64,000 nt of DNA from an uncultured Bacteroidales bacterium (GCA_963752195.1 CAVVXI010000004.1:2053641-2117640); one strand, 5' to 3'; counted from the first letter of the stretch, positions 10,395 to 20,128 are shown. Made by a program: numbers and translations. Notes: generated by a model not told the origin, from the letters alone.

Positions 10395-10868
10395 TCAGGC
10401 GTGATGATAGGGTTCCCCCCGGATGATTGTAAATCCGCGGTAAAGCTGCTCAAGGAAAAGAAGCCGGATCATCTGGTGTGAAAATGTCATTTCCGACAGG
10501 GAGATCCGCCCGGGCACCGCCTTGTAAACTTCCTCAGAGAACCCAAACGGACCTCCCGCAACAAATGCCAGGCTTTTTGTACCCCGGTTCATGGCATTTT
10601 GAAGAAAAACCGAAAAACCTGAAGAATTCATTGCTTTTCCCCTTTCATCGAGCAGCACCTTGAAATCATAATTAGCAAGTGCTGAAAGGATGATTTTTCC
10701 TTCACTTTCCTTCTGCCATTTTTCCGGTTGACTTTTTGCCTGCCTGGCTTCCTGAAGATAAATCATTTCAAACGGCACATAATGGCGAAGCCTGCTTTCA
10801 TATATGGCAAGACCGTCACGGAGCCAGGACTCGGTTGTGCGACCTATGTTCAAAAACGCTATTTTCAT
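10395..10868 (-). CDS. rlmH: 23S rRNA (pseudouridine1915-N3)-methyltransferase RlmH
   Basis: The length is about 157 aa from the internal ATG at 10868 (MKIAFLNIGRT). SPOUT-type motifs are present (LDERGK, FVAGGPFGFSEEV, LSLSEMTFSHQM) and the C-terminus reads GEPYHH. Confidence 0.9.
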   Translation of the reverse strand: MKIAFLNIGRTTESWLRDGLAIYESRLRHYVPFEMIYLQEARQAKSQPEKWQKESEGKIILSALANYDFKVLLDERGKAMNSSGFSVFLQNAMNRGTKSLAFVAGGPFGFSEEVYKAVPGRISLSEMTFSHQMIRLLFLEQLYRGFTIIRGEPYHHA

Positions 10869-11016
10869 GGCTGGAAATACAAAAAGTAAAACCTTAAAGG
10901 CAATACGGAATTGTTGGCAAGGAATTTGAACATAATGATAATTCAATTAAATAATTAAATTTGCCATGCAAACGGATACATTCCTGTTCAAAAATACTTT
11001 TTATTTTAAAAGAAGT

Positions 11017-11442
11017 ATGATAAACATTACTTTGAAGATCAACAGTTTTATATTATCCCTGCTATTCCTTTTTTATTTTGTCCCCCTGCACGCGGAAAAT
11101 AAGATGGCTGAAGATATTCCGCAGGCTGTGATCGATGCTCTCCGCACTGGCAACACCACTGCATTGTCGGGATATTTCAATACGAGCATTGAACTGGCGA
11201 TCCTCGACAAAGAAGATATTTACAGCAGGCAGCAAGCAGAACTGATCATTAAGGATTTCTTTGCAAAACACGTGCCAAGCGGCTTTACTATACTGCATAA
11301 GGGAGGAAAAGAAGGTTCACAATATGCGATAGGCAACCTGGTCACATCATCCGGAACATTCAGGGTAACACTCTGGATTAAAATGACACAGAATAAACCA
11401 TATATTCACCAACTCCGATTCGAAGAGGGAAATGCCGAATAG
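11017..11442 (+). CDS. Small exported hypothetical protein (possibly DUF4783-like)
   Basis: A signal peptide follows the ATG at 11017 (MINITLKINSFILSLLFLFYFVPLHA). The position immediately upstream of nadC is common for this family in Bacteroidota. The family assignment is from memory only. Confidence 0.5.
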   Translation: MINITLKINSFILSLLFLFYFVPLHAENKMAEDIPQAVIDALRTGNTTALSGYFNTSIELAILDKEDIYSRQQAELIIKDFFAKHVPSGFTILHKGGKEGSQYAIGNLVTSSGTFRVTLWIKMTQNKPYIHQLRFEEGNAE

Positions 11443-12316
11443 CTATTTCGACGAATTCATTGACAACGCACTGAAAGAAGATATTGGTGACGGGGATCAT
11501 ACCTCCCGCGCCTGTATTCCGCGAAATGCGACAGGCAAAGCCCAGTTGCTTGTAAAAGAAGAAGGTATCCTGGCCGGCGTAAACGTTGCCTTGCGAATAT
11601 TCAATAAGCTTGATCCGACTGTTCAAACCGAAGTATATAAACAGGATGGGGACTGGGTTGCCCCTCCGGATATAGCTTTTGTTGTGGAAGGAAAGATCCT
11701 GGCCTTGCTGAAAGCTGAGAGGCTGGTCCTCAATATTATGCAGCGCATGAGTGGCATAGCCACAACCACACACCGGTATGTGGGTCAATTACAGGGGTTG
11801 AAGACACGAATTCTAGATACCCGGAAAACTACACCCGGTATGCGGCTTCTTGAAAAGGCGGCTGTAAAAACCGGGGGTGGGGAAAATCACCGGTTCGGAT
11901 TGTTTGATATGATCCTGATAAAGGACAATCACATCGATTTTTCCGGTGGCATACCCCATGCGATTTACAGGGTAAAGGAATATATGCAGCAAACAGGAAA
12001 AAACCTGAATATTGAAATAGAAGCCCGGAGCCTGGAGGATGTTCAGACAATAATGGATATAGGTGGTATTCAGCGGATCATGCTTGACAATTTCAATATT
12101 CCGGATACCCGGAAGGCAGTGGAAATGATCAACGGACGTTACGAAACGGAATCATCGGGAGGTATTACATTTGAGAATATCCGCTCGTATGCAGAATGCG
12201 GAGTGGATTTCATTTCCGTTGGAGCATTGACGCACCAGATAAAAAGCCTCGATCTGAGTTTGAAGGCATTAAATTACAAGACAGATGAATTCGGACCGTC
12301 CCGCCAGTATCTATAA
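11432..12316 (+). CDS. nadC: Nicotinate-nucleotide diphosphorylase (carboxylating), also called quinolinate phosphoribosyltransferase
   Basis: Conserved blocks are RKTTPGMRLLEKAAVKTGGGENHRFGLFDMILIKDNHI and MLDNF. The length is 294 aa. Confidence 0.9.
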   Translation: MPNSYFDEFIDNALKEDIGDGDHTSRACIPRNATGKAQLLVKEEGILAGVNVALRIFNKLDPTVQTEVYKQDGDWVAPPDIAFVVEGKILALLKAERLVLNIMQRMSGIATTTHRYVGQLQGLKTRILDTRKTTPGMRLLEKAAVKTGGGENHRFGLFDMILIKDNHIDFSGGIPHAIYRVKEYMQQTGKNLNIEIEARSLEDVQTIMDIGGIQRIMLDNFNIPDTRKAVEMINGRYETESSGGITFENIRSYAECGVDFISVGALTHQIKSLDLSLKALNYKTDEFGPSRQYL

Positions 12317-13217
12317 AGCTTATTTCCACAACAAAAGACTTGTGAGGTGGAGCAAGCAGATTAAATTTCCGGGAACACGCGGACTGTCTGCCTATGAAGT
12401 GATATCCTATTTTATAAGGGGATTGTCGAAAGGATCGCTGAATATAAGGGCAACCTCTATTGCGTTCCATTTTTTGCTGGCCCTCGGTCCGGCCATCGTT
12501 TTTTTGCTTGGCCTTATTCCTTATCTTCCAATCCGTAACTTTCAGCAGGGACTCATGGATATTCTGATGGAAGTAATACCAAAGAATTCATATGCAGCTC
12601 TTGAGGTATTGCTCCAGGTTAAGCATAACGGATTGCAGATATTCGGTTTTGTGGTTACTGTTTTTTTCGTTCAGAAAGGAATCAACGGCATCCTTGAAGC
12701 CTTTAATGCCACCTACCATACAATTGAAACCCGTCAGTGGATTGACCGTCGTTTAATAGCTGTCGGATTGTTCGCGATCCTTTTTGTGCTGGTAACTTTT
12801 GCATCGGTCCTGTTATTTTTTAGCAACCTGGGCATCCGGTATCTTTATATGCATGGTATAATTATGGATTATGGCAATTATCTTCTCCTCCAGCTCGGCA
12901 AATGGATTGTAATTCTTACACTGACCTTTCTCGCCATTTCTTTTCTCTACTTTCTGGCGCCTTCGAGAAAAACAAGATTGAGATTTTTTACTCCCGGATC
13001 CATACTGGCTACCCTGTTGTCAATCCTCACATCCATTGGATTTTCTTATTTTGTTAATCACTTTGCCCCTTTTAACAAATTCTTCGGACCGATTGGCACT
13101 CTTATCGCCGTCATGCTATGGATGAATTTTAATGCTGTGGCTCTGCTGGCAGGCTTTGAACTTAATGCCAGCATAAGGAATGCGAGGGATATAAAATTTG
13201 AACCAATGGCGATCTGA
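12285..13217 (+). CDS. YihY/virulence factor BrkB family membrane protein
   Basis: It has a multi-pass membrane profile. The family-typical N-terminus is present (YFIRGLSKGSLNIRATSIAFHFLLALGPAI) and the C-terminal block reads IAVMLWMNFNAVALLAGFELNA. Confidence 0.8.
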   Translation: MNSDRPASIYKAYFHNKRLVRWSKQIKFPGTRGLSAYEVISYFIRGLSKGSLNIRATSIAFHFLLALGPAIVFLLGLIPYLPIRNFQQGLMDILMEVIPKNSYAALEVLLQVKHNGLQIFGFVVTVFFVQKGINGILEAFNATYHTIETRQWIDRRLIAVGLFAILFVLVTFASVLLFFSNLGIRYLYMHGIIMDYGNYLLLQLGKWIVILTLTFLAISFLYFLAPSRKTRLRFFTPGSILATLLSILTSIGFSYFVNHFAPFNKFFGPIGTLIAVMLWMNFNAVALLAGFELNASIRNARDIKFEPMAI

Positions 13218-13246
13218 GGTGTTGTATACGCACATCCCCGCAGAAC

Positions 13247-13885
13247 ATGTCGGAAATAAACGAAATCAGAAAAGAATATACGTATGCCCAGCTTGAAATT
13301 GACAACCTGGATATTGATCCTATTGTACAATTCCGGTACTGGCTGAATGACGCACTTAAAGCGAATGTGACGGAGCCAACCGGCATGGTATTATCCACAG
13401 CAGGAAGCGACGGAAAACCTTCTTCAAGGGTGGTATTGCTGAAAAACCTGGATCGCGACGGGTTTACCTTTTTCAGCAATTATGAAAGCAGGAAGGGTAT
13501 TCAGATCCAGCAAAACCCTAACGCATCCCTGCTCTTTTTTTGGCCCCTGATTGAACGCCAGGTGAGAATCGAGGGCAGGGTTGCGAAAACCCCGCGTCAT
13601 ATATCAGATGAATATTTTCAGTCACGTCCGGAAGGAAGCAAGATTGGAGCCTGGGCATCTCCACAGAGTACTGTGGTACCCAGCCGGGAGTACCTTGATA
13701 ATCTCCAGAAAGATTATGTTATGCTGTTTAAAAAAAAGGCTCTTGAAAGACCTGAAAACTGGGGAGGTTACAAGCTATTTCCACATACGATCGAATTTTG
13801 GCAGGGAAGAGAAAACCGGCTCCATGACCGGTTCGAATATAAGTTAAATGGCAGTATCTGGGAGATTCACCGGCTTGCGCCTTGA
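13247..13885 (+). CDS. pdxH: Pyridoxamine 5'-phosphate oxidase
   Basis: Motifs are LSTAGSDGKPSSRVVLLK, FFSNYESRKG, RIEG and IEFWQGRENRLHDRFEY. The length is 212 aa. Confidence 0.92.
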   Translation: MSEINEIRKEYTYAQLEIDNLDIDPIVQFRYWLNDALKANVTEPTGMVLSTAGSDGKPSSRVVLLKNLDRDGFTFFSNYESRKGIQIQQNPNASLLFFWPLIERQVRIEGRVAKTPRHISDEYFQSRPEGSKIGAWASPQSTVVPSREYLDNLQKDYVMLFKKKALERPENWGGYKLFPHTIEFWQGRENRLHDRFEYKLNGSIWEIHRLAP

Positions 13886-13891
13886 TTAAAT

Positions 13892-13920
13892 GCAGAAACA
13901 AGGCAATGCCTTGTCTCTGC
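13892..13920. terminator. Hairpin between the convergent pdxH and RCC1-cargo genes (candidate bidirectional terminator)
   Basis: gcagaaacaaggca / tgccttgtctctgc is a near-perfect inverted repeat with one mismatch. An A/T-rich flank follows (gatttta). Confidence 0.45.
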
Positions 13921-13954
13921 GATTTTATCTCCGGTGAAACCTCGTCCCCTGACC

Positions 13955-16502
13955 CTATCTGATCACAACCATTCTCCTTTTCCCTGAAACAGAATTGCCA
14001 TCTATCAGCATGGTGTAAAAATACACACCCGCCGGAAGATTCTGCAGATCAAAGGTCACACTCGAATTTCCCTTGCCGGCTATTGGATACTGACCAACCA
14101 CAAAACCCGACATGTTATAAACCAATATTTTGGCGTTCCCTGCGTTTTCTGACACATAGCAATCAATGGTGGTGGTGGTGGTGGCAGGATTCGGATAATT
14201 TTGTTCCATACCCGATAATTGTAAATCTTCTTCCATTGGCAGGGCAGACTCGTCTGCAGCAATGTGAAATCCCGATTTCATCTCCGATGCGGGGGCGTTT
14301 ACGCAGGCATAGAAAGATCTGCCTTCGTGTGTTCCATCCCCAAGCTGGCCCTCATTGTTGACTCCGGTGCCACAATAACTGCCGTCCGGGTTCATTATTA
14401 TTGAATAAAAAAAGCCTGCCGCAATCATGGAGCAGTTGTTCATGCCTTCCACCGGATCAATTGTAAACATGGCGTCCCCGTTAAAACCATTTCCAAGTTG
14501 TCCATAATAATTGTATCCCCATGACCATACGGATCCGTCAGCCTTCATTGCCAATGAATGCTGATAGCCGGTGGAAATATCTTTCCAGTCCGTGGCATTA
14601 TCTATCATGAAAGGCTTAAGATGGGTTGCTTTGGAAGTATCAGCCAATTGACCATAATTATTACGTCCCCATCCCCATAGTGTTCCGTCCGATTTGAGGG
14701 CCAAAGCATGATCCCATCCGGCAGATATAGTTTTCCAGTCTTTGTCAGATCCTACTTGAACAGGTGAATGTTTATCAATGGTTGTGCCATCGCCCAGCTG
14801 GCCGCGGTCGTTACTGCCCCAGGCCCATAAAGTACTATCCTTTTTCAGCGCCAGCGTGAAATTATTGCGGGTAACCACCATCTTCCAGTCTGTTGAAGCT
14901 CCGATTCTTACAGGGTTTTTTGAGCTCGATGTCAGAACCATTTCCCAGCTGTCCTTTGTCATTGTAGCCCCATGCCCAGAGTGTTCCGTCCGTCTTTATC
15001 GCAAGGGAATAATAATATCCGCCGGTTACCTGTCTCCAGTTATTGGCTGTTCCTATCCTGAAAGGTGTGATTTTTTCTGTTGTTGTTCCGTCGCCCAATT
15101 GTCCTACTATATTAGCTCCCCACACCCATAACGATCCATCCATTTTGATGGCCAGGGTATGATTATAGCCAGGAGAAGCCTGTTTCCAATCGTTGGCGCC
15201 AATCTTCACCTGGGAATATCGGTCAGTTTTGGTTCCGTCACCGATTTCTCCATTTATGTTGCCGCCCCATGCCCACAGGCTTCCGTCCGTTTTCAGGACT
15301 AAACTATGATGGTAAAAAGCGGTCATCTTATCCGCAATTATATATTTAACAATTAACCTGGGCCACCTGGCTGAATCGGGAAATTCCCGCGAACAGAAAG
15401 CCATCCTGCTGTATTTTAGCTCACTTTGTAAGCGAAGCATAAAGCCAAAGCTTTCACCCGGGTTAATCACCATATCCTGAACCATACCGGTGACATCATA
15501 GTTCACATAGTCCTCATCACTGGTTCGAGATTCCGGTAATGCCAGCCTGTGGCTTGTGGATGTGGCCGGCTGTGAATTATAAGTTACTGTTGATTCAGTC
15601 CAGGTTGATGTAATCCTTTCAATATAGCTTGCATTTGACCTGTAAACTGAACCCGGTTTTACCAGGCTGCTTGAATGCTTTGACTCATCATTGATCTGCG
15701 GAGCAAAAGAATAAAGTGTGAGCTGCGCTTCCACAATGACAGCATCAGCAGGAATTGAAGCCACATCAAAATCCATTACACTTCGTTGATTCACCCGGTA
15801 ATTACTTGCAGTCCATTCACCCGAGTAGATTTTAGTGCTTGTCCCGTAATTTGTATTTGCATAGTAATCATAACCGGGTTTTGCAGTCATATACAGGTAA
15901 GCATCCTTGCTGGATGTGAGCGTTACCGTTTTTGTTGCTGATAACGATTGATTGACAAGGGAAGCGTCTGCAGCCATCATCTTATTCTTATACTTTGTTT
16001 TACCGCTTTTTCCGTTATCGTCAGGGTCATGTTTTCTTACAAAATCCATGGAATCAATTCTGGCCATTGCCCTTTTCCATTTTTCTCTTTCGTGTTTTGA
16101 ATTAACTGCTTTTCCGTCAGCGCTTTTTTCATTAATGACAATATTCCTTCCTGCCCTGTCTTCCCCTTCTATCAGCACAAACGGATCTTCAAGCTGTCCT
16201 ATGATCTTGATATAAACCCTATTATCGAGAAGGAAAAAGTCAGTTGCCTTATTGGTCGAAATATTGCGCGTAAAATAGGGCCGGGTTTTGTCATTATAGG
16301 TTACATATAATTTAACAAACCGCGATATATCTTCGGCCTTTAATACGCAATACAACGTAGTCATTGTATCGCTTTTGGATGTCAGCCTGTACTCAAATTC
16401 ATATGTTGGAGTTATCTGGTATGATCGTTCCTGCGCATATGCGTGGGAGAATAGTACCGTCCCACATGCTGCCAAAACAATAAAGCGGATTATTCTTTTC
16501 AT
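13955..16502 (-). pseudogene. Frameshifted gene for a DNRLRE-domain, RCC1-repeat protein with a T9SS type A sorting domain
   Basis: Two overlapping ORFs (14862..16571 and 13955..14962) both carry RCC1 repeats (GQLGDG/GEIGDG ... LWAWG). Removing one A from the coding-strand A6 run (plus-strand T6 at 14916..14921) joins them as GQLGNGSDIELKNPVRIGASTDWK, which fits the repeat pattern. The start ATG at 16502 gives the signal peptide MKRIIRFIVLAACGTVLFSHAYAQ. The C-terminus reads NYPNPATTTTTI ... LPAGVYFY. Confidence 0.65.
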
Positions 16503-16583
16503 GATGAATTGGGATTTAATATTTCTCTTATTACGACATTTCACTGCCTGACGTAATATAAAATTGACCAATCCACCTATTCA

Positions 16584-16680
16584 GAGTGACGAGTGACAAG
16601 AACCCGGGGATAAGTTGGAAATTGAGAAATGAAAAATGAAGAACTAAAAGATAAAAGTGACTGGTGACTGGTGACTGGTG
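16584..16680. repeat. Phased heptamer block: (GAGTGAC)2, then nine consecutive in-phase heptamers drifting from GAAATTG through AAAAGTG to (ACTGGTG)3
   Basis: Read directly from the sequence. Units start every 7 nt from 16618 to 16680 with no phase break. Confidence 0.85.
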
Positions 16681-16697
16681 ACGCTTACGCCGCTGAC

Positions 16698-16769
16698 CTG
16701 CAGAACTGCAGAACTGCAAAACTGCAAAACTGCAAAACTGCAAAACTGCAAAACTGCAAAACTGCAAAA
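16698..16769. repeat. Octamer tandem array: (CTGCAGAA)2(CTGCAAAA)7, 9 units
   Basis: Read directly from the sequence. It is a perfect 8-bp register. A twin array lies at 36224..36295 in the same plus-strand orientation. Confidence 0.95.
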
Positions 16770-16794
16770 CTATTTCCAACCTACAGCCTGGCAG

Positions 16795-16842
16795 CCTAAA
16801 CCCCTAAACCCCTAAGCCCCTAAGCCCCTAAGCCCCTAAGCC
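16795..16842. repeat. Octamer tandem array: (CCTAAACC)2(CCTAAGCC)4, overlapping the valS stop codon
   Basis: Read directly from the sequence. On the minus strand it reads GGC TTA GGG GCT TAG, which is the last four codons (GLGA) and stop of valS. Confidence 0.95.
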
Positions 16843-19455
16843 CCTGATCGCATCCTCTATAGCCCTGATTTTGTGTTCGGCATCGGCTTTTTTGCGGTTT
16901 TCGAGTTCAATCACCTTGGCGGGAGCATGGCTTGTAAAATGCTCATTGTTAAGTTTTTTCATTACCGTTTCAAGAAATCCCTGCACATATTCCAGTTCCT
17001 TTCGGAGTTTAGCCAGTTCATCCTCGGCATTATGAAAATCACCTAACGGCAGATAAAATTCAGCGTAGGAGAGAATCAGGCTGGCAGCGCCTTCCGGTTT
17101 CTCCTCTATGATGATAATCTCTTCGAGGTTGCCCTGCTTAATAATAACCGGATTAAAATCCCCCTGGTAATTGGACGCTTTTACATACAGCGTGAGTTTG
17201 TTTTTACCGGGTATCTGGTTATCGACCCGTACATTACGGATAAATGTCACGATTTCCTTAACCTGTTCAAAAAGGCGGAGCTTTTCATGATCGATGGGCT
17301 TTACCGTGGGTGTTCTTTCATACATAATGCTGAATCCCTGTGGTCGCTCTTTCAGCAAGTGCCAGATTTCTTCCGTAATGAAAGGAACAAATGGATGAAG
17401 GACTTTAAGCAGCACCTCAAACATTTCAATTGTGGTTTGATACGTACGGCCGTCTATCGATTTCTGGTATTCCGGCTTAATTATTTCAAGATACCACGAT
17501 GAAAACTCATCCCAGAATAACTTATAGGCAATCATGAGCGCCTCCGAGATACGGTATTGGGCAAAAGCTTCCTCAATTTCAGAAACGCCCTGTTTTAACC
17601 GCTCATAGAACCATACCGTAGCCCTTTCAGATGCCGGTGTGGGATAGAGGGTTTTATCCACATTCCATGATTTTACAAGCCGGAAAGCATTCCATATTTT
17701 GTTTGTGAAATTCCGTCCCTGTTCAGGTAAACTTTCATCAAACAGCAAGTCATTCCCGGCAGGGGAACACAACAACATCCCCACCCTTACACCATCGGCG
17801 CTGTACTTGGCAATCAGATCAAGGGGATCAGGGGAATTGCCAAGAGATTTTGACATTTTACGCTTTCTCGCATCGCGAACTATGCCGGTAAGATATACAT
17901 TCTTAAATGGCTTGTCTTTCCTGTACTCATACCCGGCCATGATCATTCGGGCCACCCAGAAAAAGAGAATTTCAGGGGCTGTAATCAGATCATCTGTAGG
18001 ATAATAATAGTTAATATCCGCATTCCCCGGATTCCGGATTCCGTCAAATACGGAAATCGGCCAAAGCCAGGAAGAAAACCATGTGTCCAGAACATCCTCA
18101 TCCTGCCGGAGATCATCCTCATTCAGGGCTGGATTGCCTGTTTTAAGCCGCGCAGCTTCCAGGGCCTCCTGCGGATTCAATGCAACAACATAATCAGAGC
18201 CTGTTCCGATATAATAAGCAGGTATCCGCTGGCCCCACCATAACTGGCGGGAGATACACCAATCCCTGACATTTTCCATCCAGTTCCGGTAGGTGTTCTT
18301 GAACTTCGGGGGACACAGGGTTATATTGTCGTTCATTACATTTTCAAGGGCCGGCCCTGCCAATTGTTTCATCTTAACGAACCACTGGATGCTTAAACGA
18401 GGCTCAATGACGGAATCCGTACGTTCTGAAAAACCGACTTTGTTTACATACTCTTCAGTCTTAACAAGCAACCCTTCTTCATTTAATCGGTCGACCACCA
18501 GATCCCGTGCTTTAAACCGGTCGGTTCCTACAAAAAGCAGGGCTTTCTCGTTCAATGTGCCATCAAGGTTAAAAATATCGATTACGGGAAGATTGTATTT
18601 TATGCCAATTTCATAATCATTGATATCATGGGCCGGGGTGATTTTAAGGCAGCCGGTTCCAAATTCCATTTCAACATATGCATCCTGGATTATGGGAACA
18701 ACACGATTTACCATGGGCACAATTGCTTTTTTACCTGCCAGGTGCCGGTAACGTTCATCTGCCGGATTCACACATACGGCAGTATCACCAAGGATAGTTT
18801 CGGGCCGGGTGGTTGCGATGGTTACAAATTCGTCCGAACCTTCAATCCGGTATTTGACATAATACAATTTGGACTTCACTTCACGGTAGAGCACTTCTTC
18901 ATCCGAAACCGCAGTACGAGCCTGGGGATCCCAGTTTACCATGCGGATACCCCTGTATATAAGACCCTTCTTAAACAAATCCACAAATACACGAATAACA
19001 CTTTCTGACATTTCATCATCCATCGTAAATTTTGTCCGTTCCCAGTCACAGGATGCTCCCAGTTTTTTTAGCTGTTCAAGGATAATTCCCCCGTGCTTTT
19101 GCTTCCATTCCCATGCATAACTCAGGAATTGCTCTCGTGTCAGTGTATTTTTATCAATGCCTTCACTTTTCAGTTTGGCTACCACCCTTGCTTCGGTTGC
19201 AATTGAAGCATGATCCGTGCCAGGCACCCAGCAGGCATTCTTTCCCTGCATCCTTGCCCTGCGAACCATAATATCCTGGATTGTATTGTTCAGCATATGA
19301 CCCATATGCAATACACCTGTAACATTAGGAGGCGGAATTACGATTGTATACGGCTTCCGGCTGTCCGGCACCGATTTAAAGAAATCCCTTGCCATCCAGT
19401 AACTATACCATTTATCTTCAACTTGTTTAGGGTCATATTTGCTCGGAATTTCCAT
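16828..19455 (-). CDS. valS: Valine--tRNA ligase
   Basis: Class I signatures are [13 protein letters not shown] (HIGH) and KMSKSLGN (KMSKS). A C-terminal coiled-coil is present. The start was set to ATG 19455 ([17 protein letters not shown]), the usual ValRS N-terminus. Confidence 0.95.
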   Translation of the reverse strand: MEIPSKYDPKQVEDKWYSYWMARDFFKSVPDSRKPYTIVIPPPNVTGVLHMGHMLNNTIQDIMVRRARMQGKNACWVPGTDHASIATEARVVAKLKSEGIDKNTLTREQFLSYAWEWKQKHGGIILEQLKKLGASCDWERTKFTMDDEMSESVIRVFVDLFKKGLIYRGIRMVNWDPQARTAVSDEEVLYREVKSKLYYVKYRIEGSDEFVTIATTRPETILGDTAVCVNPADERYRHLAGKKAIVPMVNRVVPIIQDAYVEMEFGTGCLKITPAHDINDYEIGIKYNLPVIDIFNLDGTLNEKALLFVGTDRFKARDLVVDRLNEEGLLVKTEEYVNKVGFSERTDSVIEPRLSIQWFVKMKQLAGPALENVMNDNITLCPPKFKNTYRNWMENVRDWCISRQLWWGQRIPAYYIGTGSDYVVALNPQEALEAARLKTGNPALNEDDLRQDEDVLDTWFSSWLWPISVFDGIRNPGNADINYYYPTDDLITAPEILFFWVARMIMAGYEYRKDKPFKNVYLTGIVRDARKRKMSKSLGNSPDPLDLIAKYSADGVRVGMLLCSPAGNDLLFDESLPEQGRNFTNKIWNAFRLVKSWNVDKTLYPTPASERATVWFYERLKQGVSEIEEAFAQYRISEALMIAYKLFWDEFSSWYLEIIKPEYQKSIDGRTYQTTIEMFEVLLKVLHPFVPFITEEIWHLLKERPQGFSIMYERTPTVKPIDHEKLRLFEQVKEIVTFIRNVRVDNQIPGKNKLTLYVKASNYQGDFNPVIIKQGNLEEIIIIEEKPEGAASLILSYAEFYLPLGDFHNAEDELAKLRKELEYVQGFLETVMKKLNNEHFTSHAPAKVIELENRKKADAEHKIRAIEDAIRGLGA

Positions 19456-19625
19456 GGGGTAGAATATTTTTGTCAGTATCAACTCATTTTAAGCCCACAA
19501 AAATAGAACTTTTCGGTTGATTGTTGGCACAACTGTCAACTATCACCGACCAACCCTCAACTAATTTACTGCATATGCCTAACATGATTTATGTATTAAA
19601 ATGCAAAACATATGATGAAAACCAT

Positions 19626-19633
19626 TATTTTTG
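19626..19633 (+). promoter_or_regulatory. Candidate Bacteroidota -7 promoter box (TATTTTTG) for the DUF1573 gene
   Basis: It matches TAnnTTTG and lies 27 nt upstream of the ATG at 19660. No convincing -33 TTTG was seen. Confidence 0.3.
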
Positions 19634-19659
19634 CAGCTTCAAAGAAACACCATTAAGTT

Positions 19660-20067
19660 ATGAAAAAGGTTTTTTCAGTTTTCTTCTTTGCTGTATGCGG
19701 GTTAATGATAAGCTGTTCACAAACACAGAGCACTTCGGAAAACATTAGCGGAGCCGGCATTCAGTTTGAAACCGACGAACATGATTTTGGTACGATACCT
19801 GAAAAGGGGGATGGAACTTTCACCTTTGTGTTCAGGAACACAGGGAAAGAGCCTCTTATTTTAAAGAATGTTCGGTCATCCTGTGGATGCACAGTTCCGG
19901 AATGGCCCAAGGAACCCATTAAAAAAGGCAACAAGGGGACTATCAAAGTAAGTTATAACACCCGCATTACAGGAAGTTTTTCAAAAACGATTACCGTTTA
20001 TTCCAATGCTGAAGGTGATCCTGTTGTGCTTAAGATAAAAGGAAAGGTGGAGACGGCGGCGAATTAA
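19660..20067 (+). CDS. DUF1573 domain-containing lipoprotein
   Basis: A lipoprotein signal is present (LMISC). The DUF1573 core reads HDFGTIPEKGDGTFTFVFRNTGKEPLILKNVRSSCGCTVPEWPKEPI. Confidence 0.85.
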   Translation: MKKVFSVFFFAVCGLMISCSQTQSTSENISGAGIQFETDEHDFGTIPEKGDGTFTFVFRNTGKEPLILKNVRSSCGCTVPEWPKEPIKKGNKGTIKVSYNTRITGSFSKTITVYSNAEGDPVVLKIKGKVETAAN

Positions 20068-20128
20068 ATCCGAATCACCAGGGTAAAACCCGCACTAAAC
20101 AGGATTTTCTAATTTAACGCCACATATA

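Noticed and set aside
10361-10453. The N-terminal 31 codons of the longest histidine kinase ORF overlapping the 3' end of rlmH.
   Set aside because: The internal ATG at 10360 gives a typical positively charged signal-anchor (MNLNRTFFIFLALLAL). The extension is hydrophilic and overlaps the neighbouring gene.
11378-11788. Long antisense or alternate-frame ORFs inside strong genes: 11378..11788, 20690..21172, 37295..37801, 50272..50727, 50709..51161, 59490..60062, 60582..61103 and 60763..61200.
   Set aside because: Each is fully contained in a CDS with clear family motifs (nadC, aminotransferase, pyrC, CBM9-like, mfd). None has recognisable motifs or signal sequences of its own.
14083-14361. 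A (TGG)6 trinucleotide run at about 14168-14185 and the plus-strand ORF containing WWWWWW.
   Set aside because: The run is the antisense of ACC codons encoding the Thr5 stretch (NPATTTTTI) at the start of the T9SS type A sorting domain. It is coding sequence, not an independent repeat element. The other paralogous tails have similar Thr runs (NPTTTTATI).
16531-16779. An 82-aa minus-strand ORF (LQFCSFAVLQFCSFAVLQFCSS), plus the analogous ORFs 36061..36285 and 36083..36316.
   Set aside because: They are products of translating the stop-free (CTGCAAAA)n arrays. They have no start context, and their composition is dictated by the repeat.
16584-16842. Whether the short tandem arrays here and at 26463, 36224 and 56389 could be CRISPR arrays.
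   Set aside because: The units are 7-9 nt and directly abutting with no spacers. No cas genes are in the window. These are microsatellites, not CRISPRs.
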